A stretch of DNA of 63,649 nt, the filler included, from Octopus bimaculoides (Eukaryota): the NCBI RefSeq assembly GCF_001194135.2. It is 6 parts of 4 records of this genome, joined end to end, with 100 filler letters (N's around TTAATTAATTAA, not from the genome) between each part and the next. Parts side by side here need not be neighbours in the genome. Positions count along the whole stretch, not along the records: positions 37,043 to 54,639 come from NC_068986.1; positions 54,740 to 58,437 come from NC_068983.1; positions 58,538 to 61,642 come from NW_026328011.1; positions 61,743 to 63,649 come from NC_068983.1; 2 more parts are not named here. The stretch is one strand, 5' to 3'. The stretch's first letter is position 1. Every line of letters begins with the position of its first letter. Shown one piece after another: positions 52,690 to 63,649 of this stretch. Both the position numbers and the translations under genes were made by a program. Below the pieces are notes generated by a model. That model was given only the letters and a program-made list of their open reading frames with translations, had not been told where the DNA came from and made no database searches.

Positions 52690-52740
52690 TTGTTAGGGTG
52701 TTGTGTGTGCGCATGTGTGTGCATGTGTTTGTTCGCGCGC

Positions 52741-52771
<31 letters not shown>

Positions 52772-52979
52772 TGTGTGTGCGTCTGTGAGTGCGTGTGTAT
52801 GTGTGTGTATGTGAGTGTGTGTATGTGAGTGTGTGTATGTGAGAGTGTGTGTCTCTGTCTGAGTATGCATGCGTTGTTTTAATTGTCCTTGTGGTGTGTG
52901 TGTGTGTGTGTGTGAGTGTGTGTGAGCAACCGTATGTATGTGTGAGGGTGCGTATGTATGTGTGCGTTTGTGTGTGTGC

Positions 52980-53056
<77 letters not shown>

Positions 53057-53061
53057 CATAC

Positions 53062-53115
<54 letters not shown>

Positions 53116-53270
53116 ACCTATACATACACGCACAAATATCCTCACTCGCATATAACACTTGGAATATACACACTCTTTTTCTCTCTCTATCTCTGTCTCT
53201 CTCTATCTGTCACACTTATCCGCACACATACATGCATTCACACACTCTCAACTAACCCTTAAATCACACG

Positions 53271-53308
<38 letters not shown>

Positions 53309-53401
53309 ACCCCCACACATCAACCACCCTCACACCTCAGAATGACACTCTTACACAACAGATTCAAACGCCCACACAAGAGATATTCATACCCACCTAT
53401 C

Positions 53402-53432
<31 letters not shown>

Positions 53433-53480
53433 AATCACACACACACACATATATACGCACGCACACACACACATCACATA
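52690..53480. repeat. Compound (GT)/(GC)/(TA)/(CA) dinucleotide field
   Basis: Read directly. Confidence 0.95.
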
Positions 53481-53775
53481 CATACCCTTTACAGCCATTT
53501 CTATTATATTATTATATATACCATAGTCACACGTCGCCTTTGCCTTGTTCATATGTGTTCGATCATGAGAATTTGCTGAAAAATCAATCAAATATGCCAA
53601 GCTTTCAAATCGATTCCTCTGCGTCTGGCAGGCTATATTATTATCGATTCCAGCCTGTGATCAAATATTTCCATTGATTGATTTTACTCTATCTTTTCCC
53701 GATGTTTTGTGTATTTGTTTTTATATTTCCATTTGTCTCCTACAATGTCGCAAAACCAATTATTAAATGTTGTGC

Positions 53776-54300
53776 TGGTGTTTAACCCCAGCTCAACCCT
53801 GCTCAACCAGAGCTATGATTAAAGGCGTTCCAACCATGACCATTACAGCTTTTCCATACCCGCCTAAGACTACATGTCCGACACTAGTATTTGATTTTAG
53901 GGAGATTTGGTTACTATTTCTTGCAGGTATCCTTCAATATCCCAAAGCCGTTCAATTGATTATCAAACTTTCTTATTTTTGATGCTGGTATTTAACGCAT
54001 GTCAAGCCTACGACTACAGGCGTTCTAGCCATGACAATCTGAGAATACATTTATGACAGTAGCATTTGGTTTTACGAGAGGGATTTGGCTGCTATTTCTC
54101 GCAGCAGCACTTGTGTCCTACATTGCACAAGGCAATTTATCAAATGTGGTTAGTATTGACGTTTAACCTATCTTAAACTTACGACCAGCGGCATTCCAGC
54201 TATGACATTCTGGTCTTTTCTTACATCCACATTTACGACATTAATACCTGATTTCCATAATTGAGGGAGATATGGTTGCTATTTCTAGCAGACCTAACTT
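53776..54300 (+). repeat. Three degenerate tandem copies of a roughly 190-bp interspersed repeat
   Basis: GCGTTCCAACCATGACCAT ... GGGAGATTTGGTTACTATTTCT motif pair recurs three times. Related fragments lie at about 9750 and about 25960. Confidence 0.6.
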
Positions 54301-55079
54301 CATTGGAGTCATCCCTCGTCGGTTCAAAAATTCATTGTTGTTTACGCTATCTCCCATAAATATTTTGGAGTTTCTTCAGCATTTGATATAATATACAACG
54401 AATTTTGTGGATTAACAAGGCTACCGATCGTTTCATATAGATATTTTTCGCTACAATTTTCAAGCGATCCACTTGAGAATGTTGGAAAACTTGTCCCATA
54501 TAAAGATGATTGCCAACATTTCCCAAGTGGATTGCTTGAAAATTGTGGATATCTTTACTACATGAAAATATTGATTGCCTTGTTAATCCTGGAATAAAGA
54601 ATATATATCTACTCATGAAGTGTTGAGTACTGATATATANNNNNNNNNNNNNNNNNNNNNNNNNNNNNNNNNNNNNNNNNNNNTTAATTAATTAANNNNN
54701 NNNNNNNNNNNNNNNNNNNNNNNNNNNNNNNNNNNNNNNCGGTTTGTTCGACTAAACCCTTCAAGGTTGTTTTTGCAAAATAGCTGCATTCCAATAACAA
54801 AAAGAAGTAGGAGAATAAAGGAATAAAGACGCTATAAAAGGCGACAAAACGTGAATGAATGTTTGACATTACATAACACATCGCAAAACTGACGACTGAA
54901 CTCTATTACTACTCCCTGCTTCAATAATTCTAATGGCTATATTCAATTAAAACAGACAATTAAACAATGTCTTGGAAGTGGACAAAGCCCCCTAAGCATT
55001 TCTTTTTTTCTAAATACTAAAGTAACTGAACTTTCAAATAGGGCGTTGAGCTATTACGCTGTTGAACAGTGATATTGTA

Positions 55080-55205
55080 TATAAGACCTCCTGGCCTTGT
55101 GCGCATCTATACAAGACTTTCTGGCCTTGTGACTATTTATGTAAGAGTTTCAGGCTTTGTGTTTATCTATATAAGATCTTCTGAGCTTGTGCCTATGTAA
55201 GACAT
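55080..55205. repeat. About 30-bp degenerate tandem repeat, roughly 4 copies
   Basis: TAAGAC(C/T)T(C/T)CTGGCCTTGTG unit. Confidence 0.7.
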
Positions 55206-56306
55206 TCGTATCCTATGTCTAAAATCTCATTATTAAGGGTAGAGAGGGTGGTGGGTAGGGGGAATAGTTACAGTCTTAGAAAAATTGTTTTTTGCTGTAT
55301 TTACTCTGCTCTTCACGGTTTTAATCCGAATCCTTCCAAGGTCAACTTTACCTTTCAGTCGATATAATCACCTGCTCCCGCTCACCCTAACAAAACAATG
55401 TAGCCTTGTACATATGCTTTGGATTAACAGAATCGTTGGAGTGTTGAACAAGTGCCTTGCAGTGCTTTTCATCCACAGTGTACTTTTGTTTAAGGAGATT
55501 TGGCTACAGCCAAAGGAGGTAGGTCGATTTATACACTAAGACGACCTTGGAGGACTGAAAATTCCATATGAAATGCAGCAGGATTTAGAAAGATAGTGAC
55601 GATAGTTGAATGTTTGCACGACATGTCTACACTATATACTAAGTAGACTTATATATCGGAAAATACGTAAGAGTTTTAAGAATGAGAATGGAGATAGCAA
55701 CTGTCCAAATGAATGCATACAGTCCTTGAATAACCAATATGGAGAGTTTGTGCACTTTCAGAAGTAAAACTTTTAATAGCGATCACATCATTCGAATCCA
55801 TTCAGCCAAACACGTGGGTAAATTTGAAAAGAAAATATCTGTTTAGGTCAACATGTATAGACAAAGTAAAGAGGAAAGAGATCACATATTTCATTATATA
55901 TATATATTCATACTTTTCTTTTTCAAGTGTTGACATGACGAAAGATTCCTTAAGTTACACTTGGTTTGGTTAATTGGAGCCGGTGACAGCCATATCTTTA
56001 TTCGGGCTCTCACTGAGAATTTGAACTAGCAATATAGATTTTACAGAATATTCTAAAATTGATATAATAATGATCACTTTTTTTTTTTTTTTTCATAAAA
56101 CAGAGCCGGATACCGAACTAAGTATTATCTCGAGCGTGGTCGGCTAACGAACTGTAAATATCACTCACCTATGAACTATGTCCAACTAGCTGATATGGGC
56201 AAACACACACACACACACACAGACATGCACACACACACACGCATACATACACATACACCCTACCCCAACCTCTACACACACGCACACGCGCGCTTTCACT
56301 CACACG

Positions 56307-56342
<36 letters not shown>

Positions 56343-56883
56343 TACACGCGTATACACACACATACACAGCGAGTGTTGTATTAGTGGACCACAACTTTGC
56401 ATTCAGCCGAAAAACTACTTATATATATTATACATAAACTACTTGTTATATAGGTCAGCACAACCTGAGGTGAGGTTTCACAAACAACAAAATAACATTA
56501 TTCAATAGCAACGAATGCATGAAAAAGATGAATGAATGAATGAATGAATGAATGAATGAATGAATGAATGTTACGCGAGACGTCATGTTATATTGGTATA
56601 TTGATCGTTTTCAAAAGTTGCATGATAGTCAGAATGAAAAAATGTCAAATCTTAAAATACCCGCTCGAGTCGGTTTGTTCGACTAAACCCTTCAAGGTTG
56701 TGTTGCAAAATGGCTGCAGTCCAATGACAAAAAGAAGTAGAAGAATAATGGAATAAAGACGTTATAAAAGGCAACAAAACGTAAATGAATGTTTAACATT
56801 ACAAAACACATCGCAAAACATGAATGGACGTTGCCGAATGCTACAACATTACATATTAGAAACGTTGCAAAAGGTCTCATGGG

Positions 56884-57245
56884 TGTTGGCACTCCGTCGC
56901 GGTTCCAGTTGATCCGATCAACGGAACAGCCTGCTCGTGAAATTAACGTGCAAGTGGTTGAGCACTCCACAGACACGTGTACCCTTAACGTAGATCTCGG
57001 AGAGATTCAGCGTGACACAGTGTGACAAGGCTGACCCTTTGAATTACAGGCACAAGAGAAACAGGAAGAAAGAGTGAGAGAAAGTTGTGGTGAAAGAGTA
57101 CAGCAGGGTTCGCCACCATCCCCTGCCGGAGCCTCGTGGAGCTTTTAGGTGTTTTCGCTCAATAAACACTCACGTCTGGGAATCGAAACTTCGATCCTAT
57201 GACCGCGAGTCCGCTGCCCTAACCACTGGGCCATTGCGCCTCCAC
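56884..57245 (-). mobile_element. tRNA-derived SINE family C (tRNA-Arg-like head), full length with an 11-bp TSD
   Basis: Minus strand reads GTGGAGGCGCAATGGCCCAGTGGTTAGGGCAGCGGACTCGCGGTCATAGGATCGAAGTTTCGATTCCC (A and B boxes). GGTCTCATGGG is duplicated at 56873-56883 and 57246-57256. Confidence 0.9.
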
Positions 57246-57815
57246 GGTCTCATGGGGTATAAGACATAAATAACAATACAGCTCATTACAACATAACTCA
57301 TTAGATGAATGAATGTCACTCTACAGCACAACATATTACATGAATAGATGTCGCACATTACAACATAACGTATGAATGTCACGCATGTTTAAAATGAATG
57401 TGCAGCGTCACACTTTGCGATACAACATATGAATGGAGGCTGTCAAACGTTACAATACGAAGCATGGAATAAATGAATGGATAAAAATTAGATGTTGCTG
57501 CGCGTTACGAAATGTGAATGGATATTATCAAAACGTCGGTAGAGATTACATATGAATGTTTGCCGAACGTTACAACACTTTTCACAACTTGATTGGCTGT
57601 TGTCAAACTTCGCTACAGATTACAGGGTTTTTGTTACGTCTAATTCCCAAGTAAACATACATCGTCAATAAACTATAAAAAATGACTAACGTGTGTATAA
57701 AACATACAAAACCTTCTTGAAAGCGACTCTGTATTTCTCACTATTTCTCTCCCTCGATGCTTTTGTCTCTTCCTCACCCAATGTCTCTCCCCTTCTCTAT
57801 CTCTCTTTCTTTATT

Positions 57816-57860
<45 letters not shown>

Positions 57861-57982
57861 CTCTCTTCCCTATAAAAAAACGTAGTAGTACATGGCTACG
57901 ATCTGTTGTAACTGCAAATATACACTTCCACGTGTATGTAAGAGAGAGAGATAGACAGACAGACAGAGAAAGAAGAAAGTCT

Positions 57983-58034
<52 letters not shown>

Positions 58035-58395
58035 GTGTGTGTGTGTGTGCGTGTGTGTGTGTGTATGTGCGTGTGTGTAATCACTTAAAGATCTGCTTTA
58101 TATATACCGTGACTGAAAAGAAACGCGCCAGAAGAAAACAGCGAACGAAAATAAGATACAAAATGAGTAACAGTGTGATTGACAGATAGAGGGAGAAAAA
58201 TATGAGTGGCGGTTAGAGAGATTGAACAGAATGAATGAACATAACATATGTAAAGGTGCATCTGTGAGCACGTGATATTTGTATGAATTTCTGTATTCGG
58301 TGAGTGAGAGTGCATATATGTGAAACTAATAAATTCCTTGTGTACGTCGTCGTCATGTGTGTTGTTAATTTTATCGTTTATTTAATTGATTTGAC

Positions 58396-58437
<42 letters not shown>

Positions 58438-58537
58438 NNNNNNNNNNNNNNNNNNNNNNNNNNNNNNNNNNNNNNNNNNNNTTAATTAATTAANNNNNNN
58501 NNNNNNNNNNNNNNNNNNNNNNNNNNNNNNNNNNNNN

Positions 58538-58694
58538 ATTGCGATGCGAAGAAGTGCGAGGCGATCGTCCAGGTGAGGGAAAGGCAGCTGCTATTTCTAG
58601 CGTTCTTCGGGTCAGGCCAGGCGCGAGGACAGACTCGTGCGGTGGAAGGAAGACGAGGTAAGCCGTTTACTACTAATCACTCGCACACACCACA
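58538..58694. mobile_element. Probable end of an LTR inserted into the next element; the other end lies in the gap
   Basis: GC-rich segment ending ...CACACCACA exactly where homology to the 61217 repeat begins. Confidence 0.4.
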
Positions 58695-58951
58695 GTGAGA
58701 CAACGTCCCACACCCTACAACTCTCACTAGCTCTAATTCTATTGTCTTACAACATCATTCCATCACTCTCTGTAATTACTACTAAACAATGAAGAGGACA
58801 CAAACACAAACTTTACTTCGCATGTTTTTGGATTTATCATAACCGTCGAGGTATGGTATTTTTCAACGTAACGGTAAATAAATATTTCCTGAAAACTTCA
58901 TGTATTGTTCATCTTTTGCATCCTGCAACATGTCGTTATGACAACAAATTT

Positions 58952-59224
58952 TTATCGTCACAACTGCTGACTCCGACATTTCATAATACCTAACAAATCT
59001 TACCTTTTACAATTGGTAACTACACAAATTATTATCGTTACAAGTGGTGACCCTCGACTTCAACTAAAATCTTTATCGTTACAAACTGGCAATCACGACG
59101 TTGCACCATAACAAACATCGGTACAAAAATAAAAAATATTATCGTTACAATTGGTGACCCCGTGAAAAAAGAATCGCTGCCTTCTGAAGCTGCATTACCA
59201 ACAGTCACAACTGGCGACCCCGAG
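58952..59224 (+). repeat. Array of at least 6 'TTATCGTTACA-nn-TGGTGACCCCGAC'-like units (LTR-end plus tRNA-Trp PBS mimic)
   Basis: Units start at 58952, 59000, 59032, 59073, 59139 and about 59203, with a partial unit at about 59117. PBS variants are TGCTGACTCCGAC, TGGTAACTACAC, TGGTGACCCTCGAC, TGGCAATCACGAC, TGGTGACCCCGTG and TGGCGACCCCGAG. Confidence 0.75.
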
Positions 59225-59782
59225 CGAAAGAATTACTACCTTCTGATGCTAGATGCCGCTGCACTTTTGCTGATTCGAACTAAAAAACTAGGATATCAAC
59301 AGTCGCTAAACCAAAGGGAAAATTAATGACAACCTTCGTCACCACCAAGATGCACCCTCCATCGACCTGCTACAAAAAGCACTATACTGCGATGCAATCT
59401 ACGATGCACTTCACAACAATGCAACACTGCCGACGCACGAGGTATTCGCCGACCATGAAAGCCTATAAGCGCAACATTTTGATAGCTACATGCCCAGAAA
59501 CTAACTGGAAAAAAATACGGAAGCCCGCACATACAACCTTTTCGGCACACACGCACGCTTTTCGTCTCGTCCCAACATACAAACCCTGCATTGTCTATGA
59601 ACTTTTGCACGTACATCAGACTTTCACATAGACTTTCAACAACTTTTTTCTTAGCATGCACATCTTGTTTTCACTTTCAGCAGTAGACTTTTCACAAAGG
59701 ACGCTATTTTCAGCTAAGTTTGTTATTTTTGCTTATTTCATTGTTCTGTTTGCACTGCACACTTTCATTTGTTTACGAGTTA

Positions 59783-59910
59783 CACATTCCGCGATGCACA
59801 CATTCCGCGATGTACATATTCCGCGAAGCACATGTTCCACAATGCACACATTCCGCGATGCACACATTCCGCGATGCACACATTCCGCGATGCACAAATT
59901 CTGCGACGAC
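59783..59910. repeat. 16-bp minisatellite CACATTCCGCGATGCA, 8 units
   Basis: Read directly. Confidence 0.95.
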
Positions 59911-60581
59911 TCGTTTCACTAAAACAGCTAAATTCATGTGCATATCTTTTTTGAATGATCCATGTTATTATTCATATTTTGCATGTACTTTTTTTTGTTC
60001 GCTTTGAAAATGTTTGTATTGTTGCATACACAGACGCATGCACCTTTCCTCAGCACCTGGCCTTGCGCACGCATCTGCACACATGGTTTATACGCACACG
60101 AATGCTATCTCTATCACATTCATGCACTACTCATGCCTTTCTCGCTTGTTTTTCATGCTATCTGTGCCCTTGAAGACACAACTGTTGTAGGCACAGCCCT
60201 TGTAGACACAGCTCATCTCTGTAAGACCCTAGGTCAGTCACGCATACACAGAGAAAGTTGTTTGTCCCTTACAATGCGCCAGCATGCCACACTTTTGTTC
60301 CTGCACGATTGACGCATATAATACTTCATGCACCAGCTCATAGCCTCAGCCTTACTGCATTAATCATTGGCATATTCAGCACTGTACACTGTATTTGTAA
60401 TCAATGCACTAGTATTAGCCTCAGCCTTGCAAGCTCTATTGCACTCATGCACATGCACCTCTATTATGCATATCTAGTCCCTTGTTTTGCAACACGTCTG
60501 TGTCAGCTCTATTCTTCTCCCGACTCAAAGCACGTCGGATGTTCACATGCTCTGCGCTCATGTTTAGACATAATTTCCCCC

Positions 60582-60790
60582 TGTTAGACCCCAGTTTGGT
60601 CACGTAATTAACAGAAAATTATCCGTCTCGCGCATCACTCCAGCATGCTTACACTGTCGTCCTTGCTAACTCAGCAATTAACCACGACAACAGCACCAGA
60701 CGCATTTCACTTTGTAAAAACATTTTAGGGCATTTACCTTCGTCTCCTTTGTTTGTTCGCTTCCTTTCCCGGAACCTCACTGGCGACGAG
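60582..60790 (+). mobile_element. About 198-bp Gypsy-type LTR followed by a tRNA-Ser(GCU) PBS, internal region absent
   Basis: TGTTAG...CCTCA (60582-60779), then C, then TGGCGACGAG (60781-60790), which is complementary to the 3' end of tRNA-Ser(GCU). Confidence 0.6.
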
Positions 60791-61305
60791 AGCGATGTAG
60801 TAGATCTTGCATGCATGAAGTGGATTCAATCTTCACCATAGCCAAATTTAAAATAACACTGCAACAGAACTTTTCCCACAGTGGAACAATGGTTTTTCTG
60901 TTACAGCAGTTTTACATTTTCCAGATGCCTTTAGCTAGGTCGAAATAATGTCATCACCACTTGACCCTTTCTAACCTCTTCTACTCCACCAAAAGCTAGA
61001 ATAGAGATAAGACCACCAACTAAATCTATTGTTCTCAATATGTCTATCCTTCTGGATCGTTATAAAAACAAGAAACCCCAAGCAAAAAGTTAGTTCAATC
61101 ACCAGTAAGTGACGACTCAACGAGTCCAGTCACATGATGACGACTCAGCGAGAATGAAGTCTGGCTGACCAGCTAGAACCTTGGCTAGAGGGAAATGAAG
61201 TTTACTGTCAGCAACTGTGAGACAACGTCCCACACCCTACAACTCTCACTAGCTTTAATTCTATTCTCTTACAATATCATTCCATCACTCTCTGTAATTA
61301 CTACT

Positions 61306-61499
61306 TGTAAGGAACGACCGTGCGAACTCAAAAAGGAGAAATGGTGACGAATGGAAAAACAGAGGACTCCTTTTATTTAAACGTGTCACACGGTCGAACA
61401 CAAAATATATATATCAAACGATGATATACATGATATGTTATGCGACGATAACATAGATGACCAGTAATGAAAGACCACAACCGTATAAGATGAATAACA
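61306..61499 (-). mobile_element. Possible solo LTR that truncates the right LTR of the 58695-61305 element
   Basis: TGTAAGG...GAATAACA ends and an internal TTTTATTT. It begins exactly where the 89-bp repeat homology stops. No TSD found. Confidence 0.35.
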
Positions 61500-63649
61500 G
61501 AAATATTTATTGTAGCGTTAAAGATGTATGTCTGTGTGCGAGTGTGAATGCGACATATAAGAACATAATCAAAGACAGGCCGTCATACAAAGAAAAGTGT
61601 GTATGTGAGTGATACATGTATGTGTATGTGAGTTATTACAGCNNNNNNNNNNNNNNNNNNNNNNNNNNNNNNNNNNNNNNNNNNNNTTAATTAATTAANN
61701 NNNNNNNNNNNNNNNNNNNNNNNNNNNNNNNNNNNNNNNNNNATATATATATATATGTAAGTGCATGTACATATATATATATATATATAATGTATGATAT
61801 GATATATGTTTCAATTTTACTTTCCTATTGTTATATTCTATTTGTTTACTAACAAATAGTTTGATTACTCTGCTATTAAGACAGCTTATATATTCATACA
61901 TTATGGTTTCTCCCATAATCAGTATGATCATATTAAATCTTCCTATATCACCATCCCTTTCTCTTCCTTAAGGGCAAATAGGCATAAAGTCATTCACAGA
62001 CAATCTTCAGTTTCAACTCCGCAAGTATGCTGTCTCTTTGCACTTCCTTTCCTACTGATACTATAATGGCCTCTGCTGATCGGAGCTAGTTGAGCACCTG
62101 CCCCTGCTGCACAAATTTGAATGTCAGTTGCTTGACCTTAGCCACTTGCATTTCTGATCATGAGCAGGAGTAGTGAGAGAGCATTATAGCCATGTGTTGA
62201 GAGAGTTTCCTTGGGGTTTGAAAAAACAAAGTTGCTATCCAAGGACAAAAATCATGTTACACAGTGAAATAAATCATACGAGTAAAACGTGGTTACTGAT
62301 CCTTCTAGGTAGATAGTATCTCTCAACATAAACAAGCTCAATCACTGACAAAACATCTAACAAATACCAACATAGGAAAACAAAGCAGACACAAAATGAC
62401 CATGAAATTGTCACATGGGGTGTTTGTTGGCTGGTTTGAAGCAAAACGTATTTCTTGGGTTGCATGAAGAAGTAACTAACAACATCCACGAACATTTAAC
62501 AAAAGATTTTATTACTACACATAACGTTAAACTCTATTGGTCTTTTTACAATAACAACAGCAATAATTACATACTGGGGGAGATATACTGCTTGGAGTTT
62601 ATGGCAAGTTCATTGATTCAGCAACCTGTGGCGCTGGCCCAACATTACTTGAAACAGTTGTACAATATTCGAGGTGAGATTTCTGTCGCCTGTCTGCAAT
62701 CTGATGCTGATCAGTTGTTTCATAGACTGATCACGTGAAACTGCTGCGGTTCAGCCGTGATGCATGACCCATTATCTAGTGGTTCGGTTTCAAACCATCC
62801 CTACAATATACATCACACTAGTACGTACACACATACGCACACAAATACACATATGAATCTATGGTTTATAAACACAGTTGCAGAAGAAGTGTTATAGTTG
62901 ACTATGTTATTCTACAGAAAGGAAACAATGCCACACTCTCAGTACCATCCTCTGAGTCTAACCTAACCTTCCATATAACAGAATAATCTAAAGAAAGAGG
63001 CAATCGATTCTTATAAATTAAGTGAATTGCAATAAAATTTGTAATTTAATTCTTCGGGTGAAAAATTCTGCCATCTCAATTTAGATTTAACAATTACCAA
63101 GAAACTAAAGTAATTAGCACTCCACTGCAGATACTTTTCCAATTCCATCAACTCATATATCAATCTCACTGTCTCTGTCTCTCTGTCTCTCTTTCTTTCT
63201 TTCTTTCTTTCTTTCTTTCCCTCTTTGCCTCTTCTCTCTTTCTCTCTAACAATTTATCTGTCTGCTTATCTCCCTTCATCTGGATCTCTTCACGTTGGTA
63301 ACTACTTCTCTTTCTCTCCTCTCTTTCACTCTTGCTCTCTATCATTCTCTTTCTCACTCTGTATGTTTGTTGTATGTATGTGTGTACATTTGTACTGCAT
63401 TCTGTTTCAATCTCTCCATTACTCTCCCTCTCTGTATCACTCTCCTTCTCACTCTTCATCAAGCATACAAATACACACACGCAAATATACATACATACAC
63501 ACATGCAGGTTCATATTTGTCATATTTTATATAGATCTCTATTATATTCTCTAGCTAGCTATCAATGTCATTATATCTACCTACATGCATAGGTATATAA
63601 TATAACATAATATACATACACACACACGCATATATATATACATATATAT

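Larger units (their letters stand above)
58695..61305 (+). mobile_element. Non-autonomous LTR retroelement (both LTRs truncated by other insertions)
   Basis: 89-bp direct repeats 58695-58783 and 61217-61305 are 86/89 identical. AATAAA and a ...GCAACA end (58930) extend the left copy, PBS-like words follow, and the purine tract AGAGGGAAA (61187-61195) plus TG precede the right copy. No recognisable gag or pol. Confidence 0.65.

Noticed and set aside
57175-57245. tRNA genes here and at other A/B-box sites
   Set aside because: They lack an acceptor stem and continue into SINE bodies, so they are SINE heads.
58952-59224. CRISPR array
   Set aside because: The repeats are degenerate, spacing is irregular, there are no cas genes and the context is eukaryotic. 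The repeat is better explained as an LTR-end plus PBS junction.
59326-60587. ORFs inside the LTR element as gag or pol
   Set aside because: I found no CCHC knuckle, protease, RT or integrase motifs, and several of the ORFs derive from the 16-bp minisatellite.
62415-62738. 107-aa ORF as a host gene, or a CR1/L2 relic on the opposite strand (SHLEYCTTV)
   Set aside because: There is no recognisable domain, and the single short motif is insufficient.

Overview
AT-rich, repeat-saturated eukaryotic DNA with many assembly gaps. The SINE families present point to a coleoid cephalopod, most likely Octopus (recognition from memory, no database search). I found no host protein-coding exon, rRNA, true tRNA or CRISPR array that I can support. 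Most ORFs in the track are microsatellite or N-gap artefacts. The interpretable content is transposon-derived: three R4/Dong-type LINE 3' fragments stacked in (TAA)n tracts; an L1/Tx1 fragment; a full-length decayed RTE LINE ending in three C2H2 fingers and split by a THAP+SAP DNA transposon; mariner, Tc1 (DD34E), rosa (DD41D), maT (DD37D), pogo and Chapaev transposase relics; three tRNA-derived SINE families; and a nested LTR cluster at 58.5-61.5 kb. The most unusual structures are: (i) a tandem array of at least 6 'LTR-end + tRNA-Trp primer-binding-site' junctions inside a non-autonomous LTR element; (ii) the convergent SAP/THAP transposon; (iii) a 627-bp MITE with an 8-bp TSD built around a (CCCTAA)n/(TTAGGG)n palindrome; (iv) two minimal hammerhead-ribozyme-like motifs. 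The TTAATTAATTAA words inside 100-bp gaps are scaffolding linkers.
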